A stretch of DNA of 64,000 nt. It comes from an uncultured Nitrospiraceae bacterium. Lineage in GTDB: Bacteria > Nitrospirota > Nitrospiria > Nitrospirales > Nitrospiraceae. Shown here in pieces: positions 10,574-20,040 of this stretch. The position numbers were made by a program, and so were the translations under genes. The notes beneath the pieces were generated by a model. The model ran no database searches, was not told where the DNA came from, and saw nothing but the letters and a program-made list of their open reading frames with translations. The DNA lies in NCBI GenBank assembly GCA_963846575.1, contig CAWJWJ010000001.1, positions 800,001 through 864,000 of the forward strand, read 5' to 3'. Each line of letters opens with the position of its first letter. The first letter of the stretch is position 1.

Positions 10574-10664
10574 TCAACTAGTTGTCCGGTAGAATCTAAC
10601 GCGGGCTGCGCGGGCACCTCGTAATTCTTCCCATAATCATAGCGAGCAATGGGTCTTTTTCGAG

Positions 10665-11360
10665 ATGACACCTCTCTCATCTCCACATATTTCCCACACG
10701 AGGCGACACACAGCGATCGCAGCTCTGTTTGACGTCGACAACACGCTGCTTCCCGGGCAGGCGAGCGAAGTGCGGTTTTTTCGCTTTCTCTGGAGACGGG
10801 GGCTTGTCGGGTGGCGTGAGGTCTGGGCTAGTGGAGAGTGGTTGCTGCGTCAAATGCCTCCCGTCTCATTACATCCTCTGCGAGAGAGGAAGGTGTATCT
10901 CACCGGAAAAGCCGTGGCCGACATCGAGTCGCTTGCCGTGGAATTCTGTCGTTCCCAAATTGTTCCCTGTCTCTCGGCGCAAGCGTTGTCTCGTATGGAC
11001 GAACATCGTCGGGCAGGCCATCACATCGTGTTGGTGACGGGGTCCCTCGAATTTCTTATGACGCCATTGGCCGCATTGCTCGACGTCTCAACGTTGCTGG
11101 CCGCAAAACTGGAGCAGCGGCAATACCGGTTCACCGGGCAGGTTTGCGCCCCTCTGCCGTATGGACACGGCAAACGGGAATTAATCACCCGCTTAATGGA
11201 AGAGTCGGGCATTGATCTGGAGCAGTCGTTTGCCTATGGCGACAGCCCCGGCGATGTGGAACTGCTTCGTATGGTGGGTCATCCGCTCGTCGTCAACCCT
11301 ATCCGCGGGATGGCTGCAATCGCGCGTCGTCATGGATGGCCAGTGACGACGTGGAGATGA
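10665..11360 (+). CDS. HAD-IB family hydrolase (SerB-like)
   Basis: FDVDNTL motif I, LVTGS motif II, YGDSPGD motif IV, VVNP. Confidence 0.9.
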   Translation: MTPLSSPHISHTRRHTAIAALFDVDNTLLPGQASEVRFFRFLWRRGLVGWREVWASGEWLLRQMPPVSLHPLRERKVYLTGKAVADIESLAVEFCRSQIVPCLSAQALSRMDEHRRAGHHIVLVTGSLEFLMTPLAALLDVSTLLAAKLEQRQYRFTGQVCAPLPYGHGKRELITRLMEESGIDLEQSFAYGDSPGDVELLRMVGHPLVVNPIRGMAAIARRHGWPVTTWR

Positions 11361-12037
11361 GGCAGCCAGTCATCGTCGGCATCACTGACGCCATTACCAT
11401 GATCAGGGTCACCGAAATTTTCCACAGTATCCAGGGAGAGTCCACCTACGCCGGTCGGCCTTGCCTGTTCGTCCGATTGACGGGCTGCCCATTGCGCTGC
11501 ACCTGGTGCGATACCGCCTATGCGTTTCACGGCGGGCGGGATATGACGGTGGACGAGATTGTGGCGGAGGCCCGCACGTACGAGTGCCCGTTGGTGGAAG
11601 TCACCGGAGGTGAGCCTTTAAGCCAGCCAGGCTCGCCGGAACTGCTCAGTCGGCTTTGCGACGAAGGATTCGAGGTCCTTTTGGAAACCAGTGGGGCGAT
11701 CGATACAACCGCTGTCGATCGGCGGGTGCATGTCATTCTCGACGTCAAATGTCCGGGTAGCGGTATGACTGACAGGATGCACTGGCCAAACCTCGAACGA
11801 CTAACGTCGAAGGATGAGGCGAAATTCGTGATCAAAGATCGGGCCGACTACGAATGGGCGCGCGAGGTGGTCAGCCGCGAGGCACTTCCTATGCGCTGTC
11901 CGGTGCTCTTTAGTCCCGTGTTCGGAGAACTTGAACTGCGCCAACTGGCGGAGTGGGTACTGGCCGATAAGTTGCGGGTACGCTTCCAGGTACAACTGCA
12001 CAAGTACATTTGGTCGCCGGAAACGCGAGGGGTCTAA
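11357..12037 (+). CDS. queE: 7-carboxy-7-deazaguanine synthase (radical SAM)
   Basis: EIFHSIQGE, CPLRCTWCDT, TGGEPL, QLHK; ATGA overlap with the upstream stop (alternative start 11399). Confidence 0.9.
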   Translation: MRQPVIVGITDAITMIRVTEIFHSIQGESTYAGRPCLFVRLTGCPLRCTWCDTAYAFHGGRDMTVDEIVAEARTYECPLVEVTGGEPLSQPGSPELLSRLCDEGFEVLLETSGAIDTTAVDRRVHVILDVKCPGSGMTDRMHWPNLERLTSKDEAKFVIKDRADYEWAREVVSREALPMRCPVLFSPVFGELELRQLAEWVLADKLRVRFQVQLHKYIWSPETRGV

Positions 12038-12145
12038 CCCCTGGTGCTTGGTTTCCAGAAACGACTCGCGTCTATAGGGCGTTGCGGTACATTTCCTGAT
12101 GAGGATTCGTAAGTGCGAGGCAAGAGGCAAAGAGTTGGAGGATCG

Positions 12146-13666
12146 ATGAAGATTATCCAGGTTGAAGGACAGGTTGGAAGGGCGGAGAACGAAGCGGCCG
12201 AGGTATTGGTGTTGCTCCGTTGCGAGGGCGTGTGGGGGCATTCTCAAGAGGCGGCCGCCATTGATGCCGAACTCGGGGGGCAATTGACCAAGTTGGTGAA
12301 CCGTGGAGAATTCGAGGGCAAGCTCGGGGAAGGACTGCTGGTCCATACCCAGGGAAAGGCCAAGGCCATACGGTTGCTGCTCGTGGGGTTGGGCAAAGAA
12401 TCGGATCTTAGGCTGGATGCGTTCCGCCAAGCGCTGGGGATGGCGGTGAAACGTGTCCGCCAGGCTAAGGTCACGTCGTTTGCGGTGGTGCTGCCGGAAA
12501 TGGTCCCGCATGAGAGGTCTGTGTTGGATGTGGCGCAGGCCTTGGTGGAAGGAGCCATTCTTGGCAACTACCAGTTTACGGCCTATCGGAGTGCCAACGG
12601 ATCCAAGCCTATCGACGTCGAACGCCTCACGCTGTATACATCTCAACGGGCGCAGCTTCCGCAGATCACAGAGGGTATTCGGCGAGGCGTGGCAACTGCT
12701 GAAGCCACGGTCCTCGTCCGCGACCTGTGCAACCATCCATCCAATGTCATGACACCGACACGCATTGTCCGTGAAGCGCAGGTGGTCGCGAAGGAATCAG
12801 GCGTTCGCCTGAAAGTCCTCGAACAAAAAGATATGGAGAAGCTCGGGATGGGCGCGTTGCTGGGGGTGGCCCGAGGCAGTCATGAACCGCCGAAGTTCAT
12901 TATTCTTGAGTATAAGGGTGCAAAGGCGAAGAAGGCAGAAAAGCCGGTCGTGCTGGTCGGAAAAACCATCACGTTCGACACCGGTGGCATTTCTCTTAAG
13001 CCGGCTGAAAACATGGAGCACATGAAAGCCGATATGACCGGCGGCGCCGAGGTTCTGGCGACCATGCGGGCTGCGGCGCGACTCAAGTTGCCCCTGCATC
13101 TCATCAGCATTCTTCCGGTCGCTGAGAACATGCCGGGTGGTCGCGCGATGAAGCCGGGGGATATCGTGACCACCCTCTCCGGAAAGACCGTCGAAGTCCA
13201 AAACACCGATGCCGAAGGCCGATTGATTCTTTCAGACGGCTTGGCTTATGCCACCCGCTTTAAACCGGCGGTATTGATCGATATCGCGACGCTGACGGGT
13301 GCCTGTGTGGTGGCACTCGGGCAATTCGCCATCGGCATGTTCGGTAACGACGAGCAGGCCAAGGAGCAGGTCCGGAAGGCCGGCTTGCGAGCGGGTGAAC
13401 GGGTCTGGGAGATGCCGTTGTGGGAGGAGTATTTCGAACAGCTGCGTAGTGACGTGGCCGACATGCGGAATATCGGCGGTCGCGGGGGTGGCATGATTAC
13501 CGCTGCTCTCTTCCTGAGCAAGTTTGTGGGTGATTGCCCATGGATTCATTTGGACATCGCGAGTACTGACTGGAGCGAGCGGGAACGGGCTTACCTGCCG
13601 AAGGGGCCGACCGGGATCGGAACGCGGCTCCTCATCCAGTTTCTCATCGACCGCACGTTGCCGTAA
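12146..13666 (+). CDS. pepA: Leucyl aminopeptidase (M17)
   Basis: GKTITFDTGG, MKADMTG, NTDAEGRL, HLDIA; GGAGG RBS. Confidence 0.95.
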   Translation: MKIIQVEGQVGRAENEAAEVLVLLRCEGVWGHSQEAAAIDAELGGQLTKLVNRGEFEGKLGEGLLVHTQGKAKAIRLLLVGLGKESDLRLDAFRQALGMAVKRVRQAKVTSFAVVLPEMVPHERSVLDVAQALVEGAILGNYQFTAYRSANGSKPIDVERLTLYTSQRAQLPQITEGIRRGVATAEATVLVRDLCNHPSNVMTPTRIVREAQVVAKESGVRLKVLEQKDMEKLGMGALLGVARGSHEPPKFIILEYKGAKAKKAEKPVVLVGKTITFDTGGISLKPAENMEHMKADMTGGAEVLATMRAAARLKLPLHLISILPVAENMPGGRAMKPGDIVTTLSGKTVEVQNTDAEGRLILSDGLAYATRFKPAVLIDIATLTGACVVALGQFAIGMFGNDEQAKEQVRKAGLRAGERVWEMPLWEEYFEQLRSDVADMRNIGGRGGGMITAALFLSKFVGDCPWIHLDIASTDWSERERAYLPKGPTGIGTRLLIQFLIDRTLP

Positions 13667-13727
13667 CCGGCTCAAAAGCCGCGTTCGGGATGAGCGCCGG
13701 TCCATACGATCGTCACAGTGGGGTCAG

Positions 13728-14879
13728 ATGACATTACGGGAACAGATAGGCCAACTTTTCATGATGGGTTTCACTGGAACTACCGTCACGGGGGAGTTGG
13801 CCTCGTGTCTGAAGGTCTACCCGCCGGGCGGCGTCATCTTTTTTAGACGAAACCTGGAGTCGCTCCCGCAAATCGTCGATCTCACCAACGGACTGCAGAA
13901 GCTCTCGCCCCGTTCCCCCCTGCTTATAGCGATAGACCAAGAAGGGGGTCGGGTGTCTCGTCTCCCGGGCGAGTTCACAATCTTTCCTCCCTGTGAGCAG
14001 CTCGGGCAGTGCAATTCCTATGAATTGGCCTATTCAGCGGCGGCCACCATCGCGACAGAATTGCGGTCTGCAGGGATCAACATGAACATGGCTCCGGTCT
14101 TGGACGTCAACAGCAACCCGGACAATCCTGTGATCGGCGACCGGTCGTTCGGCGCTACGCCGGATCTCGTGGGTGAAATGGGTTTGGCGACCATTGCAGG
14201 GTTGCAGGACAACAAAGTTATCGCCTGTGGCAAACATTTTCCCGGACATGGGGATACGTCCACCGATTCCCATAAGGTCCTACCGGTCGTCGCTGCTGAT
14301 GTGCATCGGCTACAGAGTACTGAATTCCCTCCCTTCCAACAGGCGATTAAATATGGTGTGGCGAGCCTCATGACGGCTCATGTCCTTTATCGTGCCCTGG
14401 ATTCTGAGGCTCCGGCGACCTTGTCTCCCGTGGTCATTCAGCATCTGCTGCGGAGTGAGTTTCGGTATGATGGGGTGGTGTTCACGGACGATCTGGAAAT
14501 GCACGCCATCATCGATCACGACGGAATCGGTGAGGCATCGGTTCGGGCATTTGTGGCAGGCTGCGATGTCTTATTGATCTGCAAGGACCAGGAACGGGTC
14601 ATGACAGCAATGCAGGCAATGGAAAAGGCCGTGCAAGATGGTCGGATCACTCAAGAGCGGTTGGAGCAATCGCTGATGCGGGTCGCGCGGTTGAAGGCGC
14701 GCTTCCTTGGGCAGTACAAACCCGCTACGATTTCTGACGCGCGGCTGATCGTCGGCTGTCGTTCGCACAAGGCCCTGCTTGAGGCATGGCAGACGGCTTA
14801 CGAACGGGCACCGAAGCCCAAGTTCCTCGATATCAACGAGCCCGCATCCTCTCACGATTCGCCGGTGACCCATGTGTGA
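13728..14879 (+). CDS. nagZ: Beta-N-acetylhexosaminidase (GH3)
   Basis: IDQEGGRV, KHFPGHG…DSH, FTDDLEM. Confidence 0.92.
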   Translation: MTLREQIGQLFMMGFTGTTVTGELASCLKVYPPGGVIFFRRNLESLPQIVDLTNGLQKLSPRSPLLIAIDQEGGRVSRLPGEFTIFPPCEQLGQCNSYELAYSAAATIATELRSAGINMNMAPVLDVNSNPDNPVIGDRSFGATPDLVGEMGLATIAGLQDNKVIACGKHFPGHGDTSTDSHKVLPVVAADVHRLQSTEFPPFQQAIKYGVASLMTAHVLYRALDSEAPATLSPVVIQHLLRSEFRYDGVVFTDDLEMHAIIDHDGIGEASVRAFVAGCDVLLICKDQERVMTAMQAMEKAVQDGRITQERLEQSLMRVARLKARFLGQYKPATISDARLIVGCRSHKALLEAWQTAYERAPKPKFLDINEPASSHDSPVTHV

Positions 14880-15073
14880 GCAAGGGGCTTGTCCTGGTTC
14901 CGTCGCGCGGTGGGGGGATAATATCCGGAAAGTGCTTTTTCGAAGGATTGAGAGAGACGACCCGACGTCTGCGGGGTAGAATGAACGCCGAGACGACGGT
15001 CGCTGGATTTTTGCGCGTCAATCTGATTCACTGCTGTTCCATTCCAAACGGTACCCCATCCGATAGAGGCAGC

Positions 15074-15460
15074 ATGGCGATTAAAAAAGGCGACATTCTC
15101 GACGAACGAAAACGCTATCCGGATTCCTGTGGTCTGGTGGTCAAGTGTGCCGGCGGCGGTGCGGGATTTGAGAAGATCCGGTGTTGTGGACATGAATTGA
15201 CCGAGGAGGACGTGGTTCCCGATGTCATTACGTCGAGAGGGCGTAAAAAAGGGGCATTGATCCCTGGAGCCATGCTGGAGGAGAAGCGGCAGTTTGCCGA
15301 CTCCTGCGGTTTACGCGTCATGGTGATCGACGGGGGTGCCGGTCTGGAAGGTATTGACTGTTGTGGCCATACCATTACGGCCGAGGCGGTCAACGACTTG
15401 AAGTTCGGTCGACCGCCAGAGGAGCCGCCGATGACGACAGGTCCTGCAGGGATGGCATGA
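15074..15460 (+). CDS. Small Cys-rich protein with two desulforedoxin-like repeats
   Basis: 128 aa with two copies of DSCGL-x(6)-GGAG-x(5)-CCGH; GAGG upstream. Confidence 0.7.
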   Translation: MAIKKGDILDERKRYPDSCGLVVKCAGGGAGFEKIRCCGHELTEEDVVPDVITSRGRKKGALIPGAMLEEKRQFADSCGLRVMVIDGGAGLEGIDCCGHTITAEAVNDLKFGRPPEEPPMTTGPAGMA

Positions 15461-15984
15461 TGCAATCGCCGATGTCTCTCGGTCCAAAGGATAAGTCGCG
15501 CCCCGCAACCACCATGCAGTCATTGCTGAGCTTCATGGACCGGCTCGACCGGCTGGGCTACGTCGCGGCAGGATTCAGCCTTCTCGTCCTGGGCATGATT
15601 ATTTTCTCTCATGCCTGGTACATTTTCCTTACCAGGCCTGTGCAGATGGGCGTGCTTCCGGCCGGTCTCAAATTATTGAATGATCTTTTGCTGGTGATCA
15701 TTCTTCTTGAATTGTTCCGAACGGTTGTGCGGTTTTTGCAAACCGAGGTGTTGGAACTCGAGCCTTATCTGGCGGTCGGTATCATTGCCTGCACCAGACG
15801 GGTGTTGACGGCGAGTGCGGAACTATCCCATCAGCTGGAATTGGTGGCCAGAGATACCAAGCAGGAACTCTTCCAGCAATACCTGATGGACGTCGGTTTG
15901 AATGTCACGGTTATCATCGTCCTCATTTTTGGCGTCTATATGTTGCGCAAGCGCCCCACCGCACAGCGGCCTGCCACGGTCTAA
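15457..15984 (+). CDS. Phosphate-starvation-inducible PsiE-family membrane protein
   Basis: LLVIILLELFRTV and EPYLAVGIIACTRRVL pattern, 4 TM; ATGA overlap with the upstream gene. Confidence 0.75.
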   Translation: MMQSPMSLGPKDKSRPATTMQSLLSFMDRLDRLGYVAAGFSLLVLGMIIFSHAWYIFLTRPVQMGVLPAGLKLLNDLLLVIILLELFRTVVRFLQTEVLELEPYLAVGIIACTRRVLTASAELSHQLELVARDTKQELFQQYLMDVGLNVTVIIVLIFGVYMLRKRPTAQRPATV

Positions 15985-16076
15985 GCGCTTTAAGGACGGA
16001 ATCGAACTGGATCGATAGGTCGTTCTTGCCCTCTCGCGGGCTGTTATGGCATCATGCACATCTTTTTGGAGGCGGG

Positions 16077-16547
16077 GTGGCCACATTGCTTGAATATGTG
16101 GGGTCGGTGCATATCTACCTCGGGCCGTACCGAGGGAACCCGATTGCGCTATATTTGAGGCGTACGGAAACCGGCTGCCAAATCGGTCCTCGTGCCTATC
16201 CATGGAATGACGTCGTGGGTGCAGGCGAAACACCCAATAAAGCAGCGGCGGATTTTGAAGAAAAGTGGAAGGGTAAAGGGCTGGCTGCCGACATGTATTC
16301 AGGCCCCTCATGGGAAGGTGGTATCAAGCCTGAAAAGCCTGCCCCGCCGAAGCCTGCCGTGGCACCCAAACCCGCGGCTCCTCCGGTAACTCCTGCGCCC
16401 ACCTCACCGCCACCCGATCCTTCATCTGCGGCGGCGTCTCTGAAACCGACGATAACCAATGCTGTCAAGCCGGCTGCTCCTGTGGCACCTGCTCCACCCG
16501 AAGCTCCCAAGCCCGATCCGGTCGCTCCAACCGAGTCGTCCTCCTAG
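16077..16547 (+). CDS. Hypothetical protein with Pro/Ala-rich tail
   Basis: GTG start after GGAGG; globular N-terminus followed by a low-complexity PAPP tail. Confidence 0.65.
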   Translation: MATLLEYVGSVHIYLGPYRGNPIALYLRRTETGCQIGPRAYPWNDVVGAGETPNKAAADFEEKWKGKGLAADMYSGPSWEGGIKPEKPAPPKPAVAPKPAAPPVTPAPTSPPPDPSSAAASLKPTITNAVKPAAPVAPAPPEAPKPDPVAPTESSS

Positions 16548-16569
16548 AGTTGTTCACACTTTCGTGACG

Positions 16570-18072
16570 TCAGTCGACTGAGGGCGCTGGACGGGGTATG
16601 TTCGTGTGCCCGATGGATGGCCGCGTGGCAAGTTTGCTGTGGCGCATGCCGTAGGCCATGTATACCCCTATGCCGATGACAGTCCAGACCACAAAACGCA
16701 CCCAGGTCATCCAGGGAAGGAAATACATCAGGCCGAGGCAGGCCAGCACACCCAAGATGGGAACGACCGGCATGAACGGTAGTCGAAAGGGACGAGACTC
16801 ATTCGGCTTGGTGTAGCGCAATATCATTATTCCGATGCAGACCAGGGCAAAGGCGAAGAGCGTACCGATATTGGTCATATCGGCGGCCTCTCCGATCGGA
16901 ATTAATGCAGCCATGATGGCCACGGCGACGCCCGTCAAGTATGTCGCATGGTGTGGAGTTCTGAAGGTCGGATGGACTGCCGAGAGCCATGGACCCAGGA
17001 GACCGTCCCGGGACATGGCAAAGAACACGCGAATCTGCCCGAGCATCATCACCACAAGAACACTCGTGATGCCGGCTACCGCGCCGGTGGCCACGATCGC
17101 AGCTCCCCATTGAAAGCCCGCCACACGTAATCCTTCGGCCACTGGCGCATGGACGTCTATCTGTGCAAAGGGAACCAGTCCAGTGAGCACTGCGGCGACA
17201 GCAATGTAGAGCACTGTGCAAACGGCCAGCGATGCAAAAATGCCGATGGGCAGGTCTCGCTGGGGATTCTTGACCTCCTCCGCGGTAGTGGTGACGGCAT
17301 CAAATCCGATATAGGCAAAGAAGACAATGGCGGCGGCCGCGCCTACGCCTGCGAAGCCGAAGGGCATGAAAGGCGACCAGTTCGCCGTATCGACGGATGA
17401 GACGCCCACGGTAATAAAGAAGAGGATCACGGCTAATTTGATGATGACGATGATGCCGGTTGCTCGCGCGCTTTCCTTCACTCCGATGATCAGGATGCCG
17501 GTCACCAACAGGACGATAATGGCGGCCGGAATGTTCGCGACGCCTCCGTCTGCACCGGGAGGATGGGTGGCCCAGTAAGGAAGTTCGACGCCGCAGAGCT
17601 GCAAGATGTTATTAAAGTATCCCGACCATCCGATGGCGACCGCCACACAGGCAACGCCGTATTCCAAGATGAGATTCCATCCCGTCAGCCAGGCGAGGAA
17701 CTCCCCCAGGGTTGCATAGGAATAGGTGTAGGCGCTGCCGGCCACGGGAATCATCGCTGCAAACTCCGCATAGCAGAGGGCGGCCAGCGCGCACGTGATT
17801 CCGGAGAGGATGAAGGAGAGGACGATACCAGGCCCGGCCCCGGGTCGATGAGCGTCCCCGACGATGGCCGTTCCGATCAGTACGAAAATGCCGGTGCCGA
17901 TGATGGCCCCGATGCCCAGCCCCGTTAAATCCCAGGCCGTGAGAGTCCGTTTGAGGCGATGTTCTGGAGCATCAGAATCAGCGAGGATTCGTTCGATGGA
18001 TTTGGTACGAAACAGCGGATTGCCCACGCAGTGTCCTCTCTCCGGTGGCGTCACGTCCATGTCCGCTGTCAT
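16570..18072 (-). CDS. Amino acid permease (APC family)
   Basis: GAIIGTGIF, YAEFAAMIPVAGSAYTY, FFAYIGFD, AMSRDGLL; many TM segments. Confidence 0.93.
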   Translation of the reverse strand: MTADMDVTPPERGHCVGNPLFRTKSIERILADSDAPEHRLKRTLTAWDLTGLGIGAIIGTGIFVLIGTAIVGDAHRPGAGPGIVLSFILSGITCALAALCYAEFAAMIPVAGSAYTYSYATLGEFLAWLTGWNLILEYGVACVAVAIGWSGYFNNILQLCGVELPYWATHPPGADGGVANIPAAIIVLLVTGILIIGVKESARATGIIVIIKLAVILFFITVGVSSVDTANWSPFMPFGFAGVGAAAAIVFFAYIGFDAVTTTAEEVKNPQRDLPIGIFASLAVCTVLYIAVAAVLTGLVPFAQIDVHAPVAEGLRVAGFQWGAAIVATGAVAGITSVLVVMMLGQIRVFFAMSRDGLLGPWLSAVHPTFRTPHHATYLTGVAVAIMAALIPIGEAADMTNIGTLFAFALVCIGIMILRYTKPNESRPFRLPFMPVVPILGVLACLGLMYFLPWMTWVRFVVWTVIGIGVYMAYGMRHSKLATRPSIGHTNIPRPAPSVD

Positions 18073-18090
18073 GGCTGCATGAGCACCGTA

Positions 18091-18867
18091 TCATGACTTT
18101 TTCTCAAGTATAGCAGGCGCGGCACGGGGTGATGGGCGACGCGCGGCCTCTCGCAAGAAGGCTTCGAACAGACGGCGATGCGAACGGTGTCGCTCGAACA
18201 GGAATTCGGGGTGCCACTGCAGGCCCAGGAAGAATCGGTGTGTGGGATGTTCGATGGCTTCGATGATTCCATCGGGCGCCGTGGCGCTGGCAATGAGAGG
18301 ACGCCCGACCGCTTTCACAGACTGGTGATGAGAACTGTTCACCTGCATGCGAGAGCGTTTGACGATTCGCTGGAGCAGACTCCCGGCGGTCACCGAGACG
18401 CTGTGGGAGACACGAGTGGCCGGCGGGGTTTGCCTGTGTTGTAGGGTATCAGCAACCTGTGCCGGAATATCTTGATACAAGCTTCCGCCGCAGGCGACGT
18501 TCATCGTCTGCATTCCTCCGCAAATAGCCAGAGTCGGAACGCCCTGACGTAAAGCCAGTCGGACGAGACTTATTTCAAAGTCGGAACGCCGGACGGCCAC
18601 GACGGGAAATTCGTAGCGTCGTCGCTCTCCATATAGCGCCGGACTGAGGTCCGGTCCGCTTCCGGTCAAGAGGAGTCCGTCGATCCTTTGAAGGAGGTGC
18701 CGCCGCGAGGGCTGGTCGGCGACCAGCGGCAAAATCACCGGCACGCCGCCCAACTCCTCGATGGCACGAACGTATCGAGCCCTCAGAAAATAGGTCGGTT
18801 CTTTACCTCCCCATTCTTGGCGGTCGCCGGCATTGAAGTCAGGCGTGACGCCGATGACCGGTTTCAT
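18091..18867 (-). CDS. Gamma-glutamyl-gamma-aminobutyrate hydrolase family (peptidase C26, PuuD-like)
   Basis: ICGGMQ nucleophile, VNSSHHQ, QWHPE. Confidence 0.88.
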   Translation of the reverse strand: MKPVIGVTPDFNAGDRQEWGGKEPTYFLRARYVRAIEELGGVPVILPLVADQPSRRHLLQRIDGLLLTGSGPDLSPALYGERRRYEFPVVAVRRSDFEISLVRLALRQGVPTLAICGGMQTMNVACGGSLYQDIPAQVADTLQHRQTPPATRVSHSVSVTAGSLLQRIVKRSRMQVNSSHHQSVKAVGRPLIASATAPDGIIEAIEHPTHRFFLGLQWHPEFLFERHRSHRRLFEAFLREAARRPSPRAAPAILEKKS

Positions 18868-18868
18868 G

Positions 18869-19342
18869 CTACCGAATCGGTTCCAATGGGAGCGGCGCAG
18901 GTTCCTGCGGCGTGTATTCGATCACGTCTCTTGCGGGCTCTGCCGGAACTCCCAGGAAGCGGATCGGCTTATCGCCCTTCAGGTGCTCCGGAGTGATGAT
19001 GTAGGTGCCGTATATGCTTGGGATCCATATGTTCTTGGCCGTTTGTTCACTGCCTCCCGAGAAACCGTACGCTAATCCACCGACCACGCCGCCACCGACC
19101 GCAAACGCCAGTTTGAGAGGGAAGTAGATGATAGTGGCCAATGCAGACCCGGCCTGGATGCCCACCCCCGACGCACTCGTGTCGTTTGACGAGGCGGGAG
19201 GATTGGACCCGCTACCCGCGTCTTGCGCCAGGACCGGCGTAACGAGAATAGCCACGGAGCAAAACATGACCAGGCTCAGGACGATGGCGTTCGACCAGAG
19301 GCTGCGCCGTCTTTTGAAGGGCAAATTAACAGAGACGTTCAC
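18869..19342 (-). CDS. Hypothetical exported/membrane protein
   Basis: GTG after AGGAGG; signal-peptide-like region ending VLA, Gly-rich hydrophobic segment. Confidence 0.65.
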   Translation of the reverse strand: MNVSVNLPFKRRRSLWSNAIVLSLVMFCSVAILVTPVLAQDAGSGSNPPASSNDTSASGVGIQAGSALATIIYFPLKLAFAVGGGVVGGLAYGFSGGSEQTAKNIWIPSIYGTYIITPEHLKGDKPIRFLGVPAEPARDVIEYTPQEPAPLPLEPIR

Positions 19343-19457
19343 GTTGTGTGCCTCCTTCGTGCTGAAGTGACGATTTGGTGTGAAGGAAAATGAGTACTGA
19401 TGAGCTGTGCTCGATTGTGCTTGCTGATCTGTCCTTATAACAAATCTACCCCCATTT

Positions 19458-19982
19458 TCAAACCCCTTCCGGCTTGGGCACGGGGTTCTTCGCTGCTCCC
19501 GACGGGTCAGGCACGACCTCGAGATCGAGTTCGAGCCGAATCAGCTCAGTCAACCGTTCCGGCTGTTCTTGGATGAGGCGATCCAGGTCATCGGCGAACG
19601 TCTCGGCGACGATCACTTGGTTTTCTTGCTCCAGTCCTCTCTGAATGGCCAGGTTAAGTGTGCAAGTGCAGAAGGCTTGAATCAAGAGGTCGTCAGCCCG
19701 GCGAGTCATGGCTTCGTGGTCCCCCTGCTCCACAGGCTGGAGGGCTTTTCCGAGCCATGCAAGGTAGTCTACCTGTCTCCGAGCCCGCACGAGAGAATCC
19801 TGGGCGACGTCCACTGCGACCTGCACCCCGCCTTTCCAACTGCGTTTCTTTACGTTGAAGACGCACCGCACGTGATCCGGTCGATGCTCTGCCGGTTCCG
19901 GCCCAAAAAAAAAGGTGACGCGGTAGTGAGTGACATCCGATGAAGGGGGCATAGGCATAGCGAATTGTCGACATTGTATCAT
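19458..19982 (-). CDS. Hypothetical protein
   Basis: 174-aa ORF with protein-like composition filling the gap; true start may be the ATG at 19958. Confidence 0.6.
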   Translation of the reverse strand: MIQCRQFAMPMPPSSDVTHYRVTFFFGPEPAEHRPDHVRCVFNVKKRSWKGGVQVAVDVAQDSLVRARRQVDYLAWLGKALQPVEQGDHEAMTRRADDLLIQAFCTCTLNLAIQRGLEQENQVIVAETFADDLDRLIQEQPERLTELIRLELDLEVVPDPSGAAKNPVPKPEGV

Positions 19983-20040
19983 CGAGGAGGAGGGAGCGAA
20001 CAGGATGATTGGTCAGTAGCATCGATTCCGAAATGACGTT

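Noticed and set aside
11801..12736. 311-aa minus-strand ORF (likewise 49632-50414, 53431-54123, 24625-25248)
   Set aside because: Antisense to well-supported genes; typical GC-rich shadow ORFs
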